From Azolla caroliniana (taxonomy: Eukaryota; Plantae; Polypodiophyta): 64,000 nucleotides of DNA. The position numbers were made by a program, and so were the translations under genes. Numbering within the stretch: the first letter of the stretch is position 1; every line of letters starts with the position of its first letter. The notes under the pieces were generated by a model. That model was given only the letters and a program-made list of their open reading frames with translations, did not search any database and was not told the DNA's origin. The stretch spans positions 14,880,001 through 14,944,000 of the forward strand of contig JBHGNT010000011.1 of NCBI GenBank assembly GCA_043228905.1. Reading direction: 5' to 3'. Positions 1 to 11,724 of this stretch are shown piece after piece.

Positions 1-582
1 CCATATTTGGATCCCGCATTACGCCCACGTCGCGGAGCTGCTCTATGGATTGCTAAAGAAAGGGCATAATTTCGAGTGGAGAGAGGAGCATACGGAGTCG
101 GTCTGGAAGATGAAAGAAGCACTTGTTGCGGCGCCGACACTCCGGAAAGTGGTCTACGGTAAAGACATTCCGATTTACGTGACCGTAGACATGAGTCCGA
201 CCAGAATCGGATGGGTGATCAACTAGGAGGATGAGAATGGCACGAGGTTCCCCATCCGGTTCGGTGCGAAAGTCCTCAGTGAACGACAACGAGCTTTGGG
301 GTATCGTTTCGGCGGTCAAGGTCGACAAAGACTATCTGATCGGGATAGAGGTGATAATTGAGACAGACTCCCTGCCGATTCTCGGTATGGTTTCCGGATG
401 CGCGACGCCGGACCTGGCAATGCTCAGGTGGATAGCGTACATCAAGTCCCTGAATCCGGAAATACGACACATTTCCGGAAAAGACAACACCATGGCCGAC
501 ATGCTTTCAAGGGCGAGATTCGATGATGAGGACGGCATGGTTTCGGAGGACGAAGAAGTCGGTGTGGACTTCTTTGAGACGG

Positions 583-1789
583 TGTCGTGAAGATCCGTCA
601 CTACGCGCGGATCGTGAGGCGGAACCGCCGGGGTTCTGGACCGGAAGGATTCAAAGTCGGTACAAGCTTTGGCGCAAGCTTTGGCGAGAAAGTACTTAAG
701 ATAGATTGGGAAAGGGAGAAGTTGAGATTAAACGATTGAGAGAGATTGATTGAACTTTTATCTTTGGATTTAAGAAACAAGTTACACGATCAATTTGATA
801 ACGAATTTCTTCTTCTTAATTTCATAACAAAAAAAACGCGTTTTTTCTCCTCCCCCTTCCTTCTTTTATAGATGCTCTCATGCATATGATGCATGTGAGG
901 GTACAAGACATGCATAAAATTCATGCTTGCCATTTGGCGCTTATGTATTACATGTGGTGCATGATAACCATGTCACTCATTTTAGCTCTCATGTATGAGA
1001 ATTTACATGTAAAAGTACAATGATAGAAATATAAATTCAACTAAATGGCATGGCTTAATGGTAAGCCAATTGACTCCTAACTCGAAGGTGCAAGGTTCAA
1101 ATCCTTACTTGCTCTCCTTGTATATGTATATATATATATATATTTATATATTTATTTATCTAGTCACCGGACGCCGGTTCGCCGGATGCCGTCGGTTACC
1201 GGTGCCTCGCCGTCGCCGGATTGCCGTCGGATGCCGGTGTCTCACTAGTGCCGAATGCCGCCGGAACACCGGCTCCATCACCGGTCCGGTTTTGGTTGGC
1301 CGATGCTGCCGCCGGATGCCGTCGGTTACCGATGCCTCGCCGGATGCCGCCGCCTCGCTGTCGCCGTCGGATGCCGTCGGAACACCGGCTCCATCGCCGG
1401 TCCGGTTTTGGTTGGCCAAAACCCTTTACGAGTAGCTAGCCCACCTCCACTCTTAGTTCAAGTTACCTTGAACTCTCTATGCTCCACACATAGACACAAA
1501 GATAATATCTTTTGCTCTACCTTATATATGATGAGAGCCGTATTTGTCGTGCCTATGTGGGATATCTCACAAATTTCTCTTTTCCTTTCACAAACTTTAT
1601 ACCCTCATATCTTGACATTTAGTTCTCTGTTTCTCGTGTAATAAAGTGCATTCGAAACTTCCATCATTTTGTACTTAGATATTAAATTTATTTAAAATGT
1701 TATCTTCACAATTATTGTATTATGTGATTCATACTCGATTTTGTACGTTTTATGGGATTTTCACACTATTGTCAAAAATCTTCATGATA
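583..1789 (-). mobile_element. Solo LTR of subfamily A (same as 5733-6789 and 13981-15063)
   Basis: TGTCGTGAAG..TTCATGATA (terminus decayed); 4-bp TSD ACGG at 579-582 and 1790-1793; host frame FFET|AYI is restored on removal. Confidence 0.93.
1044..1114 (+). promoter_or_regulatory. tRNA-like Pol III A-box/B-box cassette inside LTR-A (also at about 6183-6253 and 14429-14499)
   Basis: A-box TGGCTTAATGG at 1051; D-arm TGGCTTA/TAAGCCA; CTCCTAA anticodon-like loop; B-box GGTTCAAATCC at 1094 (GGTTCGAATCC in the 6233 copy); tRNA-like spacing; acceptor stem does not pair. Confidence 0.6.
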
Positions 1790-3249
1790 ACGGCTTACAT
1801 AAAAACAAGGGAGGGGAGCACTCCAGCGCTTAACGAGTTCGACGAGAGCAAGTACGATGGGGAGTGGCTCTAGATCGGCGGGTTCCTGAAGACAATGACA
1901 CCGGACATGGCGTGGACGGAGGAAGAGACCAACCGGATTCGGAAGAAAGTGTACCGGTTCTTCCTACGGGATAAGTGCATGTGGAAGCACCCGAAGAAGA
2001 GAAACGACATTCCGCTCCGGGTTATGGTGAAGAAAGAGGAACAGGTGGAACTGTTGACGGCGTACCACAACAGTCCCTGGGCCGGACACTGTGGGACATG
2101 GGCCACATTCGAGAAACTGAAGGGGAAGTAATGGTGGACGGGACTATACTGGGACATGCATCGATTGGTGACGACCTATGAAAGCTGCTAGATGCACTCC
2201 ATAGTCCGACATCGGGATGGGCTTCACCCGACCTACCCTCCGATTGTCCACTTCAAGTGGATGGTGGATCTGGTGACGATGTCGATGGGGGTAGGGTAGA
2301 TGCGATATCAGGTGCTGGCACAGGAGAACCTGACAAACCAGGTGGAAGGCTGAGCGTTGCCGAACAAAACGATCGTGGCCGTGTGCCGATTTCTGATCGA
2401 AGAAGTGGTATGCCGGTACGAGTGCGTAGGAAAGATCGTAGCCGACCGCGGAGAACTGGACGCACAAGAGGCTGAAGAGTTGTTTGACCAGCTAGGGGTT
2501 AAACTCTCGCTCACCACGGCGTACAATCCGGAGGCGAACGGGAAGGTGGAACGCGGACACGGGCCGATCGTCAAAGAGTTAGTGCGGGCATGTGGAGGCC
2601 AAGTGGGAAACTGGTCGCGGCTCTTACCCAATACGTTGTGGGCCGACCAAACCACGCATAGTTCGGTAACCGGGTTCATGCCGGCGGAGCTGATGTACAG
2701 GTAGAAGCCGGTCACGCCAATGGAGCGAACGATCTCCTCATGGGCCATGGTGAAGTAGAGAGACGAGATGAGCCGGGAGGAGTTGTTAGCGGCGCGGATC
2801 CGATAGCTCGAGTGAAGGCTAGAGGATGTGGAACGAGCCGTAGAAAAGTTGCGGGCCGCGAGGGTAAGGAACAAGGGATGATTCGACCAGACTCATCGAC
2901 TAAGGCCAAAGAAAATTGAGGAAGGCGATTGGGTTCTGGTATATGACAGCAGTCTCGATAACCAGCACAAGGCGATGCGGAAGTTCGCAAGGAGGTGGTT
3001 CGGGCCTTACGTGGTGACAAGCACCAATGACAACAGGACCTACCATCTCGCGGAGTTTGACGGGACGAGGATGGCAGTACCGGTGGCCGGGAAAAGGATC
3101 AAAGTGTTCAAAAAGCGGCATGAGGATGAACCGGACCAGGTTGACTTGGATTGCGAGGACGACCGGTTCGGGGCAAATGGTGGTCCGAAGGACGAAGGGT
3201 AAGTGCGGATTGGTCTTCTCCAACAAGAGTCTATTTAGGCGCATACCGG

Positions 3250-4334
3250 TGTCGCGAAAATACGACGAGGATACGCGAACTTGAGGCAGGACCCCTCTGA
3301 TCAGAGGATATCACATTACTGTGTTTATATTTTTAACAATTAACGGAAATAAGAAATTTAATAATTACCATTAACAAAGGAAAAGAAACTACAATATGTC
3401 CCAAGGTTGGGATTCATAAGTTTTAGGTTTACTGAGATTAATAGAAAAGAAAAATTAGGGGTTTTGAGAGATATGGCTTTCGTAGGGAAAATTAGGGTTT
3501 TTGAGTCTTATGGCATCCGTAGCGAAATTAGGGGTTTTGAGTGTTATGGCTTCCTTAGGGAAAATTAAGGTTTATGAGAGATATGGCTTCCGTAAGGAAA
3601 TTAGGGTTAGCTAAGAAGGAAAAGAAAAATTAATAATATATAGAGAGAGAATGAGTGTAGGAAAAAAAATGTAATTTTATATGGAGTTCCCCGTTGATCA
3701 TATGCATCTCCACTTTTTGTTGCATGGCCTCTACTTTTAGTTGCATGGCTTTTTCTTTTAGTTACATGCGACCGTCCACATGACCTTTCCTTTAGTTTTC
3801 TTCACTTCACTATAATTAGCCACATGATCCTATCATCTATCCGTCTCGATCGTCGCCGGTTGTCGGATCCGCCTGATTTCCAACACCATCCGATTGCCGA
3901 TTTCACCGGTTCTGATTTGCTTACCAGCCGGTTCCGGTTTGCTTAGCGGCCGGTTTCCGGTTTTGCTTGCCGCTCGATTCCGTTTTTGCTTACCGGCCGG
4001 TTCCCGGTTTTGCTTACTAGCAAGTTCCGATTTTGCTTGCCGGCCAGTTCCGATTTTGCTTACCGGCCGGTTTTCAGTTTTTGGGAACTTGGCCACTATC
4101 ATCCATCAAGACAAAGTGGCCAAAGTGCTCTTAGCACAAATGAAAATGAGGGTCTCAAGGTGCTTATATAACAAGGGCCTTAAGTTTCCTATCTATGTGG
4201 GATAAATAATACTTCTATTTTCCCTATCTTCTCAAACATCCATCTTTTATAACATGCCATTAAGCTAATATAAAGTACTTATTTTATTTTATTATTATTA
4301 TTATTTTACATAGTGTGAGAAGATTCACACGACA
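3250..4334. mobile_element. Solo LTR of a related subfamily (1085 bp) with internal subrepeats
   Basis: TGTCGCG..CACGACA; TSD CCGG at 3246-3249 and 4335-4338; tandem subrepeats at about 3455-3610 and 3905-4085. Confidence 0.9.
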
Positions 4335-5018
4335 CCGGTGGATGCGCTGTCAGGTGGGGGTGGATGTTGTGGAGAAAACCGTCCCTAGGCAGAATCGGAA
4401 AATAATGTGCGCGAACTAGCCCTTATACGTAGGCACAAGTTTTGTTGTAATATATATATTTAGGTACAAGTCAGCAGATGTGAATATCCTAGGTAGCACG
4501 CATTTGTTAGGTAGAAAATCGAGGCGAATCTCTATCCGAAAGGACAGAGAGTAAAGATGATGTAACGGGTTGTGAGAGCCTCCCTCCTTGGGCTATAAAA
4601 GAGAGGGAGAGGAATCGTAATGGGGATCGCTGTTGTCGAGGATGAAGTGTTGTCGGACTGGGACTGAGCTCTTCTCCTCCGTCTTTCTCTGTGTTTGCGC
4701 TATGTAGGTTTTCGGGAGGCTGACTCTGCTCCGCGGAATGCTCGAGTGCTTCCGGCAGAGTCTCCATCTCGTGTCTGTGTGCGTGTAAGCATCAGTGCTT
4801 GTCGCTCATCGGCCCGCCGGTTGTAATCCCTTTCATCTGATATATATGTATATAAACGTACACGCATTCATCTTGTTCTAATGGGTTGCGGTTTCTGTGT
4901 ATTCGTGTGAGTGCGAAGCACGGTCGTTTTTCTCGCTCACCTCCTGCTCTCTTGCTCCTCGTTCCAAGACCCTCGTGGTCCCGCCTCGTTCTACACGCAC
5001 ACGCGTAACAACGCGACA

Positions 5019-5732
5019 CCATCATCTACTTCGAGCTCAATCCCAATGGCCTCCCGCTCCGCTCGGTTGATCGACCTAATGAACAACAGGACTCTGTTCG
5101 CCCCCACCAAACCTTGCTGCCGCTTCAGGAGTCGAGCAAGCCGTCGCTCGAACTCTCGGAACGCCTTCGTTGCGCCCCGATGGGTTTTCGCCGATGCTAC
5201 CCACTGGTCAAAGTCATGTCGTCCCCGGCTCTTCCGCCGTCCTCCATATGTCTGCAAGAGCGCCTCTTCGAAGGCCTCCCACAAACTATGAGCTTCTCGG
5301 AGCTCCTTCACTTCCACGTGCATACGGACGACGATGACCCGATAGAAGAACTCCAGCCTCTACGTCTCGCTCCTCCATTTCCGCGTTGTAGGCTTCCAAG
5401 TAGAATGAGACATTGTCCTCGTTGAAACGGCCGACTCTTTCGACCACTCGCTCAATAGCTTGCTGTATCGTCTCCCTTCTTGTTGTTGCTCTTCCAAACT
5501 CCCTCACCGCTTCGACAAAAATTTGCGTGTAGTTGTCTTCTTCCAACTCCATTTTCCCTTGCCACCCTTCATGTCGGGTTCACCAAAGATGTCGCGGTAA
5601 TCCGCGAATGTGTGTCGAAAGGGGCGGGACCACGGGGGTCTCGGACGAGGAAGTGATTGGTGTTGAGAAGCCGACTTCTCTCCAGTCCCGACTGCACTAA
5701 TTGTGCGCAAACCAGAGCGATTCCGGATGCTA
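5019..5732 (-). mobile_element. Phygy-like gag 5' fragment, tRNA-Trp PBS (5569-5585) and part of its 5' LTR (5590-5732, continuing at 15064-15757)
   Basis: ORFs 5286..5552 and 4991..5323 resemble the family gag (AIERVVERVGRF, VSFYLEAY); PBS TGGTGAACCCGACATGA on the minus strand; LTR is split by the 5733-15063 element. Confidence 0.85.
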
Positions 5733-6861
5733 TGTCGTGAAGATCCGTTACTACGCGCGGATCGTGAGGCGGAACCGCCGGGGTTCTGGATCAGAAGGAT
5801 TTAGAGTCGATACAAGCTTTGGCGAGAAAGTACTTAAGATAGATTGGGAAAGAGAGAAGTTGAGATTACACGATTGAGAGAGATTGATTGAACTTTTAAC
5901 TTTAGATTTAAGAAACAAGTTACACGATCAATTTGATAACGAATTTCTTCCTCTTAATTTTCATAAAAAAAACCGTGTTTTTTCTCCTCCCCCTTCCCTC
6001 TTTTATAGATGCTCTCATGCATATGATGCATGTGAGGGTACAAGACATGCATAAATTGCATGTTTGCCATTTGGCGCTTATGTATTACATGTGGTGCATG
6101 ATAACCATGTCACTCATTTTAGTTCTCATGTATGAGAATTTACATGTAAAAAAGTACAATGATAGAAATATAATTTCAACTAAATAGCATGGCTTAATGG
6201 TAAGCCAATTGACTCCTAACTTGGAGGTGCAAGGTTCGAATCCTTACTTGCCCTCCTTGTATATGTAAAATTGTATATATATTTATATATTTATTTATCT
6301 AGTCGCCGGAGGCCGGATGCCGTCGGTTACCGGTGCCTCTCCGGATGCCGTCGCTAGATACCGATGCCGGATGCCGCCGGATCACGGGCTCCATCGCCGG
6401 TTCGGTTTTGGTTGGCCAAAACCCTTTACAAGTAGCTAGCCCACCTCCACTCTTAGTTCAAGTTACCTTGAACTCTCTATGCTCCACACATAGACACAAA
6501 GATAATATCTTTTGCTCCACCTTATATATGATGAGAGCTGTATTTGTCGTGCCTATGTGGGATATCTCACAATTTTCTCATTTCCTTTTACAAACTTTAT
6601 ACCCTCATATCTTGACATTTAGTTGTCCGTTTCTCGTGTAATAAAGTGCATTCGAAACCTCCATCATTTTGTACTTAGATATTAAATCTATTTAAAATGT
6701 TATCTTCACAATTATTGTACTATGTGATTCATACTTGATTTCGTACGTTTTATGGGATTTTCACACTATTGTCGAAAATCTTCACGACATCCACCCCCAC
6801 CAAACTGCACGTCCTCCGGTACGTGCCAAGAAGAGAAGAAGTGAGATTTCGGCTACGATGA

Positions 6862-9284
6862 TCAATTAGAATCCTCCATGTCTTCATTTTCATCCGGCCT
6901 ATTATGTTCATCGTCGAGGTAATCGAGGTCAGGATCCTTGTCTTGTCTTTTCTTGAAAATCTTTACTCTTTTTCCCGCAATGGGTACGGCCAACCTTGAT
7001 CCGTGTAGTTCCGCAAGGTGGTATGTGGCATTATCGTTGGCACTTGTCACCACATACGGCCCGAACCATCTTCTTGCGAACTTCCTTGTTGTACTGTGTT
7101 GATTGTCAAGGGTGCTGTCGTAAACCAAAACCCAATCCCCTTCTTCAATCTTCTTGGGACGAAGTCGATGCGTGTTGTCGAACCGAACTTTGTTCTTTAC
7201 TCGGGCTGCCTTCATCATCTTTCGCGCTTTTTCTAAATCTTCAGGTCTTCTTTCAAGTTGCCTTATCCGCGCCGCTAATAACTCTTCTCGGCTCATCTCG
7301 TTCTCCCACGGTATCGCTACCCATGAGGCGATCGTCCTTTCGATGGGCATAATTGGCTTTTGTCCATACATAAGCTCCGTCGGCATATACCTTGTCACCG
7401 AGCTATGTGTCGTTCTATCAGCCCACAAGGCATAGGGTAATAGTCGTGGCCAATTCCTGACTCGACCGTTGCATGCCCGTACGATGGCTTTAACGATAGG
7501 TCCATGCCCTCGCTCGATCTTCCCATTTGCTTCCAGATTGTAGGCAATCGTGAGGGAGAGCTTCACGCCTAGTCTTTCGAAGAGCTCCGTCGCTTCGTGC
7601 GCGTCCAACTCCCCTCGGTCGGCCACTATCTTCCCTACACATCCATATCGGCAAACAACATCTTCAAGTAAAAATTTACAAACGGCTGAAGTCGTCTTAT
7701 TTGTCAAGGCTTGTCCTTCCACTTGATTTGTCAAGTCTTCCCTTGCCAGCGCTAAGTACTTCATTTGTCCCACTCCCATTGGCATCGAGACCAGATCCAC
7801 CATCCATTTGAAGTGAATGGTGAGTGGGTATGTCGGCTTTAACTCATCACGATGACGTATATTTGAATATATTTGGCAAGTTTCACATGTGGACACGAAA
7901 TGGAGTACATCTTTGTACATGCTTGGCCACCAGTACTTCTCCTTCAATTTTTCGAACGTCGCCCATGTTCCTCTATGACCTGCCCAAGCACTCTCGTGGA
8001 ATTCGGTCATCAGCGTCTCTTGCTCTTCTTTCTTTACCACCACTCGACGTGGTATTCCTGTCCTTCTTTTTGGATGTCGCCAAAGGAATCCTCCCTTCAA
8101 GAAGTATCGGTAAGCTTTCTTTCGGATTCGTAGGGCCTCCTCCTTTGTCAACGAAGCATCTGTCGTCAATGTTCTTAGGAATCTACCGATGAGTAACCAT
8201 TCTCCTTCGTACTCGTTCTCGTTGAAGGCGTGGAGGGTTTGTGTGTCCTGGTCTTCCGACGACAATCGAGCCATCTTGAAGAAGTCGAGGGCGACATCTT
8301 CATCTTCCGAAACCATGTTACTTCCATTTGAAAATCTTGCCCTCGACAGCACGTCAGCCATGGCGTTCTTCTTCCTTGCGATGTGACGGATCTCTGGGTT
8401 TAAAGACTTGATGTAGGCGATCCACCTTAGCATAGCAAGATCTAGGGTCGCACATCCCGAGACCATTCCGAGAATTGGGAGACAATCTGTCTCTATTATC
8501 ACTTCTGACCCGATCAGGTAATCTTTGTCCATCTTCACTGCCGACACAATACCCCAAAGTTCCCGCTTGACTTGGGCATATCTTTGTTGCCGTTCGCTGA
8601 GAACCTTTGCTCCGAACCGGACGGCATATCGCGCATTATCTTCACCTTCTTGATTGATGACCCACCCGATTCCGGTTGGGCTCGTATCTACGGTCATGTA
8701 AATTGGTTTCCCTTCTGCATAGTCGGCCTTCCTTAGTGCCGGAGCTTCAAGAAGCAGTTTCTTTAATCTTCGCATCGTCTCTGTGTGCTCATCTCGCCAT
8801 TCGAACTTTATTCTTTTCTTTAGTAGTCCATATAACGGTTCGGCGACATGAGCGTAGTGAGGAATCCATATATGATAAAACGCGCATGCTCCAAGGAACC
8901 TTCGAACCTCCGTTTGGTTTTCGCATTCTTCTTTCATGTCTTGGATTGCGTTCACTTTGGATGGCAAGGGTTTCCGGCCGTATGCTCCACACAAGTGACC
9001 TACCACCAAGATCTCCGGTTGCCCGAATGCGGATTTTTCTCCCGAAAATGTCAAATTCGCATCTTCGAGCCTTTGAAGCACCTTCTCGCAATCTTTCATA
9101 TGATCCGCAACGAACTTTCTACAACCTTCCTTATCTTTCGATTCATCTTTCTCCTCATCCGAACATCCTTTTATCGGAATATCATCCAAGAATGGCATCG
9201 TGATGTCCGGAATGCAATCCTTCAAGACTTTATTCATGGCATTCACCATATGAGCCTCCGAGTTCGTTGCGCCTTGGGGTAAGG
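6862..9284 (-). CDS. pol: Pol C-terminal part: RT (PFLDD), RNase H, integrase (HHCC, DDE, GPY); no chromodomain
   Basis: 795-aa ORF 6862..9249 plus upstream TLPQGATNS; 5' end cut off by the 9285 insertion. Confidence 0.93.
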
Positions 9285-11038
9285 TGTCAGGATTCGAACT
9301 CTTGACATAACCATGCTATAATCGAGTGTTATGTGTTAACCACACATCTAGCATATAATCAAGTATATACTTCCTCATTGTAGGTTTTAGCTAGCATCAT
9401 GTGCATAATTTCTCCCTTGTATTATTAACACTTGGCACATGCATGCGTACCTACTGCCTACATACTCTATTGTATCACATGCGTGCACCAGGTATGCATG
9501 CCACTTAGTATAAATAGTTGAGTTCACCTTGAAGGAATTCAAGGTGAACAACACCAGTTATGGAGTCTTTCCTTTAGTACTATATTCTTTCTTGTCCATT
9601 TGGTTATCTTCTTCGTTGTCTCTTGAGTTTATGATCCGTGACAGTTTGTTCACCTTCCAACTAGAAGCATCACCCATCTCCGTCATCGCCCTTGCTTCTA
9701 GAGTTACCATCGTCACTGTACCATCATCAACATCGCTTCATTTCTTATCTTCCTCGCCATTTCTATCTCCTAGTTTCTTCTCATCATTTTCATTGGCTTT
9801 ATATTTCTCCTCATCATTGTCTCTATTTTTTAGTTTCTTTCCCGTTCGTGTTTGTGTTCCAGCTGTTAGTGAGGGCTACACAAGGCCGCTCACTCCCATT
9901 GGTGTTCGTGTTCTAGCTGCTAGTGAGGGCTACACAATGCCGCTCACTCCCGTTGGTGTTCGTGTTCGAGTTCTTGGTGAGGGCCGCATGGTCGCTCACT
10001 CCCGTTCGTGTTCTAGTTTCCGGTGAGGACCACACATGGTCGCTCACTCCCGTTTGTGTTCTAGTCTCTGGTGAGGACCACACATGGTCCCTCATTCCAG
10101 TTATTTTTCATGTTCCACATCCTGGCGAGGACCGACATGGTCGCTCACTCTCGTTCGTGTTCCCGTCTCCGGTGAGGACCCACATGGTCGCTCACTCCAG
10201 TTATTTTTCATGTTCCACATCTTGGCGAGAACCAATATGGTTGGTCATGCCCATTACGGTTCATGTTCCAGTTCTTGGTGAGGACCACACGTCGCTCACG
10301 CCCGTTGGTGTTCATGTTCCAGTTCTCCGTGACGACCACACATGGTCTCTCATGCCTGTTGGTGTTCGTGTTCTCTATGAGAACCGCACATGGTCACTCA
10401 CACCCGTTGATATTTGTGTTCCAGTTCTAGGCGAGGACCACACATGGTTGCTCATGCCTGTTGGTGTTAAATACCTCGTCTTGTGGAAGGGTTACTCCTT
10501 GTCTAGGATTTACAAAATACTTTGGAGGTGATCTATGATTGTCATCAACAATATCCCCTTAACCCGACAAACGATTTGGGAAGGCATCGTTGGAGGGGGG
10601 ATAATGTCAGGATTCGAACTCTTGACATAACCATGCTATAATCGAGTGTTATGTGTTAACCACACATCTAGCATATAATCAAGTATATACTTCCTCATTG
10701 TAGGTTTTAGCTACCATCATGTGCATAATTTCTCCCTTGTATTATTAACACTTGGCACATGCATGCGTACCTACTGCCTACATACTCTATTGTATCACAT
10801 GCGTGCACCAGGTATGCATGCCACTTAGTATAAATAGTTGAGTTCACCTTGAAGGAATTCAAGGTGAACAACGCCAGTCATGGACATATCAATCTAGTAT
10901 TCTCATTTCACCCAATCTTGTCTCCTTAATCTTCATCTCTATCATTATGCTCTTGTGTCATTCCGTCATCGCTCTGCCATAGCCTCATCATCCGTGCTCC
11001 GTCTTAGTCCGCGCTTGGTGTGTCCATGATCCGTGACA
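9285..11038 (+). mobile_element. Non-autonomous LTR element (TRIM/LARD-like), probably self-priming (Tf1/Tcn1 type); LTRs 9285-9643 and 10605-11038
   Basis: Both LTRs start TGTCAGGATTCGAAC and end ATGATCCGTGACA; PPT GGAGGGGGGATAA before 10605; no protein domains; PBS position TTGTTCACCTT is complementary to LTR 9541-9551. Confidence 0.85.
9840..10470 (+). repeat. Degenerate ~45-50 bp tandem repeat array in the internal region of the non-autonomous element
   Basis: Recurring GGTGAGGACCACACATGGTCGCTCACTCCCGTT..GTTC unit, about 13 copies. Confidence 0.9.
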
Positions 11039-11724
11039 ACCATCGGCTCTATAACCTTTGGGTCGGCGCATCCGATTTCTCGTGGGAAGAATGCGAAAGC
11101 CTTCCCATGTCTCTCAAGCATATCGTGAAACATTCGGTCCTCTTCAGGGAGAAGGAAATCCTCCTTTCCAACTCGTAGCTTCCCCTTCGTCTCTTTGGTG
11201 AAGACATGACCTATCTTCTTCGGATCTCTTAAGCTTGGATCGTTAGCGACTTCCTTCATCTTTTGCCAGCTATCTTCCGGTAGCGGAACCGCAACTGGCT
11301 TGATCTTCTTATCCACCGTTTTATATTTCGTGTTGATGTCAGCTTCCTTCATCGAGATGCCACGACGGTATTCATCGATGATAGCGTACATGTTGACGGA
11401 GTTAACCGAAATCACGCATTGGTTGTGAAGATAGCTCAAGTCCATGACGTCCTCGATTTCGCCGATGGTGTCGTTAAATGAGGCTTCTTCCATAATATGA
11501 GTCACGAACTCCCCTTCTTGTATTATGTTCTCTTCTTTCAGCATCTTCTCAAATCCTTGTATCCGGTGCTTGTGCTTCTTGTCGGGTAGTACTAGTTTAC
11601 ATGCGCTACTAGGTGTGACACATGTTGCTTCTCCTTGCAATCCACGCTCTCTTCTTTCTTGTGGGGTCTTGTGATTGCTCGGACTATTTGTGCCCCATGC
11701 TTCAATAGTCCGCTCTAAAAATCC
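11039..11724 (-). pseudogene. pol: Pol N-terminal part (spacer and start of RT), entered by -1 frameshift from the PR ORF
   Basis: Frame of ORF 10966..11640 stays open back to GGATTTT at 11724; TKYKTVDKKIKPV, GKAFAFFPREIG, EPMV. Confidence 0.85.

Larger units (their letters stand above)
1..5018 (+). mobile_element. 3' part of a degenerate Phygy-like Ty3/Gypsy element (RNase H, integrase, PPT, 3' LTR 4365-5018), interrupted by two solo LTRs
   Basis: Fragmented pol frames (ELWGIVSAVK..IETD, GKIVADRGE, NPEANGKVERGH, RRWFGPY) with several stops; PPT GGTGGGGGTGGA before TGTTGTGG at 4365; LTR ends CGCGACA at 5018. Confidence 0.92.

Noticed and set aside
1044-1114. Functional tRNA-Arg(CCT) gene
   Set aside because: Acceptor and anticodon stems do not pair and it is part of an LTR; kept only as a tRNA-like cassette
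1058-1641. ORFs within LTR-A copies
   Set aside because: Arise from GC-rich subrepeats; starts and lengths differ among the three LTR copies
9840-10531. CRISPR-like array or 202-aa repeat protein
   Set aside because: Contiguous degenerate tandem repeats without unique spacers; the ORF is a by-product; eukaryotic context with no cas genes
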